A stretch of DNA of 46,192 nucleotides, taken from positions 1 to 46,192 of the forward strand of contig JAFMRN010000001.1 in the NCBI GenBank assembly GCA_017354065.1. The letters run 5' to 3'. The first letter of the stretch is position 1; each line of letters opens with the position of its first letter. Position numbers and translations under genes: made by a program. Under the pieces are notes generated by a model. The model made no database searches. It was not told the origin of the DNA and saw only the letters and a list, made by a program, of their open reading frames with translations. This document shows, one piece after another, positions 26,404 through 35,300 of this stretch. The DNA comes from Solirubrobacterales bacterium. Its GTDB lineage: Bacteria > Actinomycetota > Thermoleophilia > Solirubrobacterales > Solirubrobacteraceae.

Positions 26404-29400
26404 GTGTCTGAGCGGACCCTATGTCCCTATTGCGGCGTCGGCTGCGGTTTGCGTGTCAGCGTCGACGGCGGTCGTGTGTCAGCTATCACAGGTGACGACG
26501 ATTACCCGGTTAACCGTGGGCGCACGTGTCGCAAGCCGCTGGAGCTTGCTGCCGCGGTGCACGCCCCGGACCGCGCGACAAAAGTCTTGAAACGCGCTGG
26601 TCCAGGTGCTGGCTTTGAGTCCAGCACCTGGGATGTGGCCTTGGCGGAGCTCGGTTCCAGGCTGGCGGCCTACGCGCCGGAGGAGATCGGCTTCTACATC
26701 TCCGGGCAGCTGCTGACCGAGGACTACTACGCGGTCAACAAGCTGGCCAAGGGCTTCCTGGGCACTAACAACGTCGACTCGAACTCGCGCCTGTGCATGT
26801 CCTCGGCGGTCGCCGGCTACAGCGGCGCGTTCGGGTTCGACGGCCCGCCCTGCTCCTATGAGGACATAGACGTCGCCGACTGCTTCCTGTTGCTCGGCTC
26901 AAACACGGCTGCCTGTCATCCAATCGTGTTCTCCCGGATCCGCGACCGCCAGCGGGAGGGGGCTTCGATCATCTGCCTGGACCCGCGCGCGACGCCGACG
27001 GCCCGAGCCGCGGACCTGCACGTGCCGCTGGCGCCGGGCACCGACTTGGCATTCCTCAACGCGATGCTGTGCGTGCTGGATGCCGAGGGCCTGCTGGACC
27101 AGAGCTTCATCGCCGCGCATGTCAGCGGCTTTGAGGAGGTCCTGTCGGTCGCACGCGAGTGGACCCCCGAACGGGCCGCGGAGGTCTGCCGCGTGCCAGC
27201 CGCGCTGGTGGTGGAGGCCGCCAACCGGTTCGGCTCCGCCGGCGCGGCCATGGCGCTGTGGTCGATGGGCGCAAACCAGTCCACGGTCGGGACGCTGAAG
27301 AACCGGGCGCTGATCAACCTGTGTCTCGGCACCGGCAACTTCGGCCGTGCCGGTGCGGGCCCGTTCTCCCTGACCGGACAGCCGAACGCCATGGGCGGCC
27401 GTGAGACCGGCGGTCTGGCACACCTGCTGCCCGGCTACCGCCGGATCGACGATCCTGCGGCGCGGCGCGCGGTCGCGGAGCACTGGGGCGTGCGCGAGCT
27501 CGATCCCACGCCCGGGCTGCCCGCCGTCGAGATGTTCGAGCCGGGCCGTCTGAAGGCGATCTGGATCGTCGCGACCAACCCGGTCGTGTCGATGCCCGAC
27601 AGCGCTCGTGTGCGTGAGGCGCTGCGTCGCGCCGAGCTGGTCGTGGTCCAGGACGCGCACCACCCGACCGAGACCAGCGCCTTTGCCGACTACGTGCTGC
27701 CCGCCGCCGCCTGGCCGGAGAAGGAGGGCACGATGACCAACTCCGAGCGGCGCGTCGGGCTGGTCAGGAAGCTGCTGAACCCGCCCGGGGACGCGCGTCC
27801 CGACTGGCAGATCTTCGCCGGTGTCGCGGCCGAGCTGGGCCACGCTGAGGCGTTCGCCTGGCCTGACGCGGCGGCCGTCTACGCCGAGTACGCGGCACTC
27901 ACCGCCAACCGGCCCAACGACGTCTCAGGCCTGACGCACTCGCGCCTGCGCCGTTCCGGCCAGGGCGTGCAATGGCCCTGTCCGGCGCCGGGCCATCCCG
28001 GGACCGCAAGGCTCTATGCCGGCGGTGTGGTGCCCGGCGCGCCCGACGGCCGCGCGGTCGCGACCGGCACACCGCACACTGACCCGGCCGAGACTCCCGA
28101 TGCGAAGTTCCCGCTGCTGTTGACCACCGGCCGCGTGGCCGACCAGTGGCACACGATGAGCCGCACCGGCAAATCCGAACGCCTGCGCGCCGCGGCCGGA
28201 GACCCGCTGCTTGAGATCCACCCGGACGACGCCAAGCGCTGCGGCGTCAAGGACGGCGGGCACGCGCTGGTGCGCTCACGCCGTGGCGAGCTGAGCATGC
28301 GCGTGAAGGTTACGGACGCGATCACGCGCGGCGTTGTCTTCGCGCCGTTCCACTGGGGCGGGCTGTTCGCGGACGCCGGCTCTGGAGCGTTGAACGCGGT
28401 ATCGCATCCGAGCGTCGATCCCACCTCCAAGCAGCCGGAGCTGAAGGCGATCGCGGTCTCCGTCGCCGCGACGGTGCGGAACCGGCCGGTGCGCTCGGTC
28501 GACTCGCACTCGGTCGCGCGGCTGACCCGGGAGCTGGTGATAGTCGGCACCGGCATGGCCGGCATGGCCGTCGCGGAGGAGGTCGTGCGGCGCCGCTCCC
28601 CGGCGGAGTGGCATGTGACGATGCTCGGGGCCGAGCCGGCCCGGCCGTATAACCGGATCATGGTCTCCAAGCTGCTGGCCGGCACCCTGAGCCGGCCCGA
28701 CCTGGACCTGAAGCCGGTCGAGTGGTTTGACCAGCGCCGCATCAGCCTGGAGACCGGCGTCAGCGCCGAGGCGGTTGACACTGACGCGCAGGTGGTACAC
28801 GACAGCCACGGGAACGCCCACCGTTATGACGCGCTGGTGATCGCGACCGGGTCACGCCCGTTCGTGCCGCCCGTACCGGGTGTCGAGTCCGAGCATGTGC
28901 ATTCCTTCCGTACGGTTGACGACGTCGCCGAGTTGCATCGGCGCGTCGACGCCGGTGGGCGCCGGGCCGTCGTGGTGGGCGGCGGCCTGCTGGGCCTGGA
29001 AGCAGCCGCGGGCCGCAAGGCCCGCGGCGCAAGTGTGACCGTCATCGAGCGCGGTGACCGGCTGATGCCAGCGCAGCTGAACGCCGGTGCGGGCGCGCTG
29101 CTCTACAGGGAGCTTGCCGCCCAGGGCTTTGACCTGCGCGTGAGCTGCAGCGTGGCCGGGATCGAAGCGGACGCCGTGTTGCTGGACGACGGTGAGCGGA
29201 TCGACGCGGACCTGGTGGTGATGGCCGCGGGCGTGGCGCCGGAGACCGGCCTGGCCCAGCGCGCGGGGCTGCGCTGTGGGCGCGGGATCGTGGTTGATGA
29301 CGAGCTGCGGACGTCCGCGCCGCACGTCTATGCCGTCGGAGAGTGCGCGGAGCACGCCGGCCGCGTTTACGGGCTGTGGGCCCCGCTGGCCGAGCAGGCC

Positions 29401-29934
29401 CGGGTCGCCGGTGCGGTGCTGGTCGGCGATCCGGGCGCCTTCCGCGGGCTCGACACCGCCACGACCCTGAAGGTCGCCGGGGTCGAGCTGTTCGCCGGCG
29501 GCGAGGTTGAGGGCGGACTCGACCGTGATGAGGTGGTCGTCGCGAACACGCGTGAGGGCCGCTACCGGCGGCTGTTGCTGCACGGCGACCGCCTGGCCGG
29601 AGCGATCCTGTTGGGTGATGCGGCCGACGGCCCGACCCTGGGCCAGCTGCTGCGGACCGGGGAGCCGGTGCCCCAGGGGCTGCTCGACGGCGGCGGGTCC
29701 CCTAACGCGCCCGATCCCAGCCAGGTCGTCTGTTCCTGTAACTCTGTGACACGTGGCACGATTTGTGACGCGATCACCCAGAGTGGGTGTGACAGCGTCA
29801 CAGCGGTAGGTGAACAAACGCGCGCCGGAACCGGTTGTGGGTCATGTCAGGGTGAAATCCAGTCGCTGATTTCATCTGCTGGAAACATGCAGGACGCGTT
29901 GGCGAAACCGGCCGGCCTCAGTATGGATACATGA
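26404..29934 (+). CDS. Assimilatory nitrate reductase catalytic domain fused to an FAD/NADH oxidoreductase and a BFD-like [2Fe-2S] domain
   Basis: N-terminal CPYCGVGCG...C [4Fe-4S], SGQLLTEDYY, DSNSRLCMSSA, TGQPNAMGGRE, TTGR..QWHTMSRTG. Then IVGTGMAG, ATGS, VVGGGLLGLEAA, AVGECAE and CSCN...GTGCGSC. Confidence 0.9.
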   Translation: MSERTLCPYCGVGCGLRVSVDGGRVSAITGDDDYPVNRGRTCRKPLELAAAVHAPDRATKVLKRAGPGAGFESSTWDVALAELGSRLAAYAPEEIGFYISGQLLTEDYYAVNKLAKGFLGTNNVDSNSRLCMSSAVAGYSGAFGFDGPPCSYEDIDVADCFLLLGSNTAACHPIVFSRIRDRQREGASIICLDPRATPTARAADLHVPLAPGTDLAFLNAMLCVLDAEGLLDQSFIAAHVSGFEEVLSVAREWTPERAAEVCRVPAALVVEAANRFGSAGAAMALWSMGANQSTVGTLKNRALINLCLGTGNFGRAGAGPFSLTGQPNAMGGRETGGLAHLLPGYRRIDDPAARRAVAEHWGVRELDPTPGLPAVEMFEPGRLKAIWIVATNPVVSMPDSARVREALRRAELVVVQDAHHPTETSAFADYVLPAAAWPEKEGTMTNSERRVGLVRKLLNPPGDARPDWQIFAGVAAELGHAEAFAWPDAAAVYAEYAALTANRPNDVSGLTHSRLRRSGQGVQWPCPAPGHPGTARLYAGGVVPGAPDGRAVATGTPHTDPAETPDAKFPLLLTTGRVADQWHTMSRTGKSERLRAAAGDPLLEIHPDDAKRCGVKDGGHALVRSRRGELSMRVKVTDAITRGVVFAPFHWGGLFADAGSGALNAVSHPSVDPTSKQPELKAIAVSVAATVRNRPVRSVDSHSVARLTRELVIVGTGMAGMAVAEEVVRRRSPAEWHVTMLGAEPARPYNRIMVSKLLAGTLSRPDLDLKPVEWFDQRRISLETGVSAEAVDTDAQVVHDSHGNAHRYDALVIATGSRPFVPPVPGVESEHVHSFRTVDDVAELHRRVDAGGRRAVVVGGGLLGLEAAAGRKARGASVTVIERGDRLMPAQLNAGAGALLYRELAAQGFDLRVSCSVAGIEADAVLLDDGERIDADLVVMAAGVAPETGLAQRAGLRCGRGIVVDDELRTSAPHVYAVGECAEHAGRVYGLWAPLAEQARVAGAVLVGDPGAFRGLDTATTLKVAGVELFAGGEVEGGLDRDEVVVANTREGRYRRLLLHGDRLAGAILLGDAADGPTLGQLLRTGEPVPQGLLDGGGSPNAPDPSQVVCSCNSVTRGTICDAITQSGCDSVTAVGEQTRAGTGCGSCQGEIQSLISSAGNMQDALAKPAGLSMDT
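29871..29908 (+). promoter_or_regulatory. GlnR box inside the nitrate reductase 3' end, upstream of nirB
   Basis: TTCAT-n6-GAAAC-n6-GACGC-n6-GAAAC at 11-nt period. Confidence 0.72.
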
Positions 29935-32333
29935 GTTCCAAGCGTGTGTTGATTATCGGCGGGGGCATCGCCGGGCAGGCAGCCGCGGAGTCGATTCGCG
30001 AGCACGACCAGGACGCCTCGATCACGATGATCTGTGGTGAGCCGCGCCTGCCCTATGACCGCGTGCGCCTGTCAGAGATACTCGTTGACGGCAGCTCCGC
30101 GGACACGCTCGCCCTGCGTCCCGCCGAGTGGTATGAGGACCAGCGTGTCGAGACGATCACGGGCGCCTGGGTGATCGCCGTCGACAGCGACGCGCGGACC
30201 ATCACGCTCGCCGACGGGCGGGAGCTCAGCTACGACGCGCTGGTGCTGGCAACCGGATCGGTACCGCTGATGCCGCCGATCCCCGGGATCGATCTGCCCG
30301 GCGTGCACGCGTTCCGCGGACCCGAGGACTGTGAGCAGATCCGGGTCGCGGCTTCGCGGCCCGGCGTGCGCGCGGTCGTGATCGGCGGTGGCCTGCTGGG
30401 GCTTGAGGCGGCGCGTGGCATCGTCGCCCAGGGCGCGCCGGTGACCGTCGTGCACCTTGTGGACCGTTTGATGGAACGCCAGCTTGACGCCGCGGCGGCC
30501 GGGCTGCTGGTGCCGAAGTTCGCCGAGATGGGCGTCTCCGTCGAGCTGGAGCGCGCGACCGATCAGATCTTCAGCCGCCCGAGCGGCGCGGTCGCCGGGC
30601 TGAACTTCGCTGACGGCGAGTCGCTTGACGCCGACCTGGTGGTCGTGTCGATCGGCATCCGGCCCGAGCTGACCCTGGCGCGGGAGGCCGGGGTGGAGCT
30701 TGACCGCGGGATCGTCGTGGACGACACCATGGCCACCTCGCTGCCCGGGATCTGGGCGCTTGGCGAATGTGCCCAGCATGACGGGATCGTGCACGGGCTG
30801 GTCGCGCCGATCCACGACCAGGCCCGGGTGCTGGGAGAGACGCTGACCGGCGCGGGCGCCGCACGCTACCGCGGCTCGACGCCGTCGGCGAAGCTGAAGG
30901 TCGCGGGCATCGACCTGGTCTCAATCGGCCACGCCGAGGGCGACTCCGAGGTGATCTCCTCCGATACCGCCGCGGGCGTGTACCGCAAGCTGGTGGTGCG
31001 CGACGGTCGCGCGGCCGGCGCGGTGCTGCTGGGTGACATCCGCGGCCATGAGGCGCTGCTCGCCGAGATCACCGCCGCCGCCGAGGTCGAGGACCCGCTG
31101 GGGCGCCTGGCGGAGGCCGCCGTGGCGACCCCCGCCGACCTGCCGGACGACGCACAGATCTGTAACTGCAACGGTGTCTGCAAGGGTCAGCTGGTCTCCG
31201 CTGTCGTCGAGGACGGCTGCAACACGCCGCTCGAGGTGATGTCGCGGACCCGTGCGGGGACCGGCTGTGGCTCCTGCAAGCCCGCGGTGATCGAGATCGT
31301 CCAGTCGGCCGGCGGCGGCGCCAACGAGCCCGCCTATCTGTGCGCCTGTGCGAAGCAGACGCGCGAGCAGCTTGCGGCACGGATCCGTGAGGACGGCCTC
31401 CAGTCCGTGTCCGACGTATCGGGCGCCTGTGGCACCGGGCGTGAGTGCGGCGCCTGCAAGCCGGCGCTCGCCTACCTGGTCTCGGAGGTCAACGACAACC
31501 GCCACCGCGAGGAACGCCACGCGCGCTTCATCAACGACCGGGTTCACGCCAACATCCAGAACGACGGCACCTTCTCCGTCGTGCCGCGTATGTACGGCGG
31601 CGTCACCAGCCCGGATGAGCTGCGGCGGATCGCCGACGCGGCCGAGAAGTACAACGTGCGGATGGTGAAGGTCACCGGCGGTCAGCGGATCGATCTGCTC
31701 GGTGTCGACAAGGAGGACCTGCCCGCGATCTGGCGAGATTTGGGGATGCCCTCCGGCCACGCCTATGCCAAAGCGGTCCGGACCGTGAAGACCTGTGTCG
31801 GCCGTGACTTCTGCCGCTTCGGGATCGGCGACTCGGTCAAGCTCGGGATCGACTTGGAACACGCCTGGGAGGGGCTCTACACGCCCGCCAAGGTCAAGGG
31901 CGGTGTGTCGGGCTGTCCGCGCAACTGCGCGGAGGCGACTGTCAAGGACATCGGCGTGGTCGCGGTTGAGGGCGGCTGGCAGGTCCGCGTCGGCGGGGCC
32001 GCCGGCGCCAACGTGCGTGAGGCGGACATCCTCACCACCGTCGAGACGCGCGCGGAGGCGCTGCGGATCTCAACCGTGTTCCTCCAGTACTACCGCGAGA
32101 ACGCGGACTACAAGGAGCGCGCCTATGACTTCGTGCCGCGCATCGGCCTCGAGGAGATCCGCGCCGTTGTGGAGGATGAGACGCGCGCCGGCGAGCTGCT
32201 GGAACGCTTCCGGATCGCCAAGGCGGCGGCCTTTGACCCCTGGCTGGAGCGCGACGAGCCCTACCACGAGCGCCAGTTCAGTGATCTCGATGATGTCGAA
32301 CTGGTCGGTCCGCCGGCCGGAGGTGAACGATGA
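29931..32333 (+). CDS. nirB: NADH-dependent nitrite reductase large subunit (siroheme)
   Basis: FAD and NAD motifs, two BFD Cys clusters, INDRVHANIQNDGTFSVVPR, KTCVGRDFCRFG, SGCPRNC. Confidence 0.95.
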   Translation: MSSKRVLIIGGGIAGQAAAESIREHDQDASITMICGEPRLPYDRVRLSEILVDGSSADTLALRPAEWYEDQRVETITGAWVIAVDSDARTITLADGRELSYDALVLATGSVPLMPPIPGIDLPGVHAFRGPEDCEQIRVAASRPGVRAVVIGGGLLGLEAARGIVAQGAPVTVVHLVDRLMERQLDAAAAGLLVPKFAEMGVSVELERATDQIFSRPSGAVAGLNFADGESLDADLVVVSIGIRPELTLAREAGVELDRGIVVDDTMATSLPGIWALGECAQHDGIVHGLVAPIHDQARVLGETLTGAGAARYRGSTPSAKLKVAGIDLVSIGHAEGDSEVISSDTAAGVYRKLVVRDGRAAGAVLLGDIRGHEALLAEITAAAEVEDPLGRLAEAAVATPADLPDDAQICNCNGVCKGQLVSAVVEDGCNTPLEVMSRTRAGTGCGSCKPAVIEIVQSAGGGANEPAYLCACAKQTREQLAARIREDGLQSVSDVSGACGTGRECGACKPALAYLVSEVNDNRHREERHARFINDRVHANIQNDGTFSVVPRMYGGVTSPDELRRIADAAEKYNVRMVKVTGGQRIDLLGVDKEDLPAIWRDLGMPSGHAYAKAVRTVKTCVGRDFCRFGIGDSVKLGIDLEHAWEGLYTPAKVKGGVSGCPRNCAEATVKDIGVVAVEGGWQVRVGGAAGANVREADILTTVETRAEALRISTVFLQYYRENADYKERAYDFVPRIGLEEIRAVVEDETRAGELLERFRIAKAAAFDPWLERDEPYHERQFSDLDDVELVGPPAGGER

Positions 32334-32647
32334 TCCGTGTCTGTGCAGTTGAGGACGTCCCTCCCGGTGAGGGCCGCAACGTCTCAGTCGGTGACCTGCG
32401 CCTGGCGGTGTTCCGCACTGACAGCGGCTGGTATGCGACGGAGGCCGGCTGTCCGCACATGCAGGGCCCCCTGGCTGATGGCATCGTCGCCGACGCGAGC
32501 GTGATCTGCCCGCTGCATGAGCGTCGCTTCTCGCTCCAGACCGGCGCTGAGATCAACGGCTCGCTGTGTGTCAAGACCTACCGTGCGGTGGTCCACCGCG
32601 ACGACGTGTACATCCTGGCCGACGTGCCCGTGCTGGCCGGGGCCTGA
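32330..32647 (+). CDS. nirD: Nitrite reductase small subunit (Rieske)
   Basis: CPH...GPLADG...CPLH Rieske motif. ATGA overlap with nirB. Confidence 0.9.
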   Translation: MIRVCAVEDVPPGEGRNVSVGDLRLAVFRTDSGWYATEAGCPHMQGPLADGIVADASVICPLHERRFSLQTGAEINGSLCVKTYRAVVHRDDVYILADVPVLAGA

Positions 32648-32650
32648 GCC

Positions 32651-33010
32651 GTGGCGGCGACGATCTATGACGCGATCGGCGGGGAGCCGGCGGTCAACGC
32701 CGCCGTCGAGAGCTTCTATGAGAAGGTCTGGGCTGACCCCGACCTGCTGGAGTACTTCGCCACCGCCGACCGGGAACGGTTGAAGGGCCATCAACGCGCG
32801 TTCCTGACGACCGCGCTGGGCGGTCCGACCGCCTATGCGGGCAAGTCGATGGCCGAGGCGCACAAGGGCCGGGGGATCAGCGCGGCTGCCTTTGACCGCG
32901 TGGTCGAGCATCTGGTCGCCACGCTGAAAGAACTGGGTGTCGGCGAGGACACCGTCTCGGCGATCGGGGCCAAGCTAGGGCCGCTGAAGCCCGAGGTCGT
33001 CGAGGCCTGA
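32651..33010 (+). CDS. Group I truncated haemoglobin (trHbN-like)
   Basis: IYDAIGG..AV...V..FY, LKGHQ..FL..ALGGP..Y.G..M..AH, FD.V..HL..TL. Confidence 0.92.
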   Translation: MAATIYDAIGGEPAVNAAVESFYEKVWADPDLLEYFATADRERLKGHQRAFLTTALGGPTAYAGKSMAEAHKGRGISAAAFDRVVEHLVATLKELGVGEDTVSAIGAKLGPLKPEVVEA

Positions 33011-33019
33011 GCGGCGAGC

Positions 33020-33370
33020 TCAGCCCCGCGCGGCTGCCAGAACCCAGGCGATGAACCCGGCCTGCAACGGCAGGCGGGCCTTCAGCGCCGAGGCGGGGAT
33101 CGGGTAGTTCTCGGGGTGCAGGGCCATGTGAAGGTTGGCGGGGAAGATGGCGAGCAGGGTGGCGACCAGCCACCAGCCGGCGCGCCTCTTGCTGGCGGGG
33201 ACCATCAGGCCCAGGCCGCCGGCGGCCTCCGCCACGCCGCTGGCGTAGACAAGCTGGCGTTTGGCGGGAAGGTAGGGCGGGATGATCGCCTCATAGGGGC
33301 GCGGGAACGCGAAGTGCATCAGTCCGGCGGAGATGAAGAATGGGCCACAGGCCTTGCGCAGTCGTGTCAC
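33020..33370 (-). CDS. DoxX-like small membrane protein
   Basis: AGLMHF..P..Y..IIPPYLP, SGVAE, AIFPANLHMA, ARLPLQ. Confidence 0.85.
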   Translation of the reverse strand: MTRLRKACGPFFISAGLMHFAFPRPYEAIIPPYLPAKRQLVYASGVAEAAGGLGLMVPASKRRAGWWLVATLLAIFPANLHMALHPENYPIPASALKARLPLQAGFIAWVLAAARG

Positions 33371-33435
33371 GTGGCCGTCAGCCTAACCGATCCTGAGCGG
33401 CGTGTTTGACCACAAACCGGGCGATACTGCCCGGC

Positions 33436-33963
33436 GTGAACCCCGCTCAAGAGTTCAGCGTGTCGCACCTGATCCAGCCGTTGCTTGGGGTTCTGGGCGT
33501 GCTGGCGCTGATCGGGGTCCTCATGCTGGTGCGCAAGTGGCGTACGCGGGCGCTGGCGGCGACGGTGGTCGCCCTGGCGTGCGTTCCGTTCGTGGTCTCC
33601 GCCGCGCTTTCAAGCAGCCGCCAGCTGAAGCAGGCGCGCGCCAGCTCGACCAGCGCGCGCGCCGGCGCGACGGCGTGTCTGGCCGAGGATCACGCGGCGC
33701 GGCTCGCGCCGTTCCTGAACTGGGCCCGGCCCCAGCTTGGCGACGATGTCTACGCGGAGATCCCGCCGCCGAAATCCCTGCCGCTCGACGTTTGGTGTGT
33801 GACCACCGCGCTGTTACCGGCGCTGCCCCAGGGCCCCGGCGGCGTCAACGCCAAATGGACGATCACGATGGGCGTGGTCCCGGCCGACATCCGGGCGCGG
33901 ATCCGCCGGCATGACCCGAGCGTCAAGGTGTTCGCGCCCGGTCTTGTGCTGGCGAGGAACTGA
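33436..33963 (+). CDS. Hypothetical membrane-anchored protein
   Basis: GATACT-N7-GTG start at 33436. Two N-terminal TM segments. TGATG-coupled to the next gene. Confidence 0.65.
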   Translation: MNPAQEFSVSHLIQPLLGVLGVLALIGVLMLVRKWRTRALAATVVALACVPFVVSAALSSSRQLKQARASSTSARAGATACLAEDHAARLAPFLNWARPQLGDDVYAEIPPPKSLPLDVWCVTTALLPALPQGPGGVNAKWTITMGVVPADIRARIRRHDPSVKVFAPGLVLARN

Positions 33964-35300
33964 TGCTCGGGCTGATCGGACTGCACATCGTCTTTGTGCT
34001 CTGTGGCGCCGCGGTGCTGCGAGCGCTGGGCCTGCTTCGCGGCAGGTTGCTCGCGCTGGGACCGGCGCTGTTGACCGGCGTGATGGTGCTGTGCCCGCCG
34101 CTGATCCTGCTGTTGATCCTCGGGGTCGGGCTGCGCGCGCCGACGGTGATCGCCGTCGTGGTGGTCGTGCTGGTGCTCGCGGAACTGGTGGCGCGGCGCC
34201 GCCGGGGAGTGGCCGCGCCCGCGCGGCCGAACTGGGGCGTGTTGCTGATCGGCCTGTACGCGGCCCTCGGCGCCTACTCACTGGCCCGCCTGCCGACGAT
34301 TGAGGATGACGCGCGGATCTGGTCGCTGCGCGGGCTGGCGCTCAGCTACCACCACGTGCTCGCGCCCCAGATCTTCCAGAACCCGTATGAGTCCGGTACT
34401 CACCCGGTGTACCCGCTGTTCGGACCGGTGATCGAGGCGCTCAACGCGATCGCCGCCGGCGCGCCGCAGCTGCGCTTCTACCACGCGGAGCTATGGATCC
34501 TGTTCGCCGCGATCATCTGGACGGCCGCGTATCTGTTGGGTGGCCGACAGCGGCCGTGGGTCGCGCCGCTGGTGCTGCTGGCCGTCTCACCCGCGGTTGC
34601 ACAGAACCTGATCTCCGGTTACGCGGACGTGCTCGGCGCCGCGCTGATGGGGCTCGGCTGCCTGGCCCTGGGCCTGTGGCAGACCCGCGGTTCGGCCGGC
34701 TATCTCGCGTTCGGCACGGTCGCGCTGATCGCCGCCGCCAACACCAAGGATGAGGACCTGCTGGGCGCGATCATCATCTTCGTCGTGGCCGTAGCCGCAA
34801 ACCACCGGCGCTGGCGGGAATGGGTGGCGGCCGGCGTGGCGCTTGCGGTGTTCATCGCGCCCTGGCGGCTCTGGACGGCGGCGCATCACCTGTCCGACTC
34901 GGTCCAGCCGAAGCTGGGCCAGGCGCTGTCCCCGTCGTATCTGATCAGCCGCCACCACGAGGTCCACTGGGTGCTGGAGTGGGTCGGCGCCAAGGTGGTG
35001 GAGGAGTGGAGTTGGATCGCGGTGACGTTCCTGGTGCTGTTTGTGCTCTGCATGGTCACCAGGACCGCGCGCCGGATTGCCGCCTTCTACCTGATCGCGC
35101 TGGGGCTGATCGCGCTGATGCTGACCTGGCTGTATGCGACGACACCCATGAGCCTGGCCTTCCTATTCCCGACCAGCATGTTCCGGACCGTCGATGACTT
35201 CATGATCCCGGCCGCCTTCGCGAGCGCGCACCTGCTGTGGCTGTTGTCGGGTTACAAACCGCGTCCAAGTGTTACGTTAGGGTCATGCCAGGACCGCTGA
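33963..35300 (+). CDS. Polytopic membrane protein, probable GT-C fold glycosyltransferase
   Basis: About 12 hydrophobic segments. EDDARIW acidic loop, HPVYPL, GYAD and TKDE motifs. Confidence 0.65.
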   Translation: MLGLIGLHIVFVLCGAAVLRALGLLRGRLLALGPALLTGVMVLCPPLILLLILGVGLRAPTVIAVVVVVLVLAELVARRRRGVAAPARPNWGVLLIGLYAALGAYSLARLPTIEDDARIWSLRGLALSYHHVLAPQIFQNPYESGTHPVYPLFGPVIEALNAIAAGAPQLRFYHAELWILFAAIIWTAAYLLGGRQRPWVAPLVLLAVSPAVAQNLISGYADVLGAALMGLGCLALGLWQTRGSAGYLAFGTVALIAAANTKDEDLLGAIIIFVVAVAANHRRWREWVAAGVALAVFIAPWRLWTAAHHLSDSVQPKLGQALSPSYLISRHHEVHWVLEWVGAKVVEEWSWIAVTFLVLFVLCMVTRTARRIAAFYLIALGLIALMLTWLYATTPMSLAFLFPTSMFRTVDDFMIPAAFASAHLLWLLSGYKPRPSVTLGSCQDR

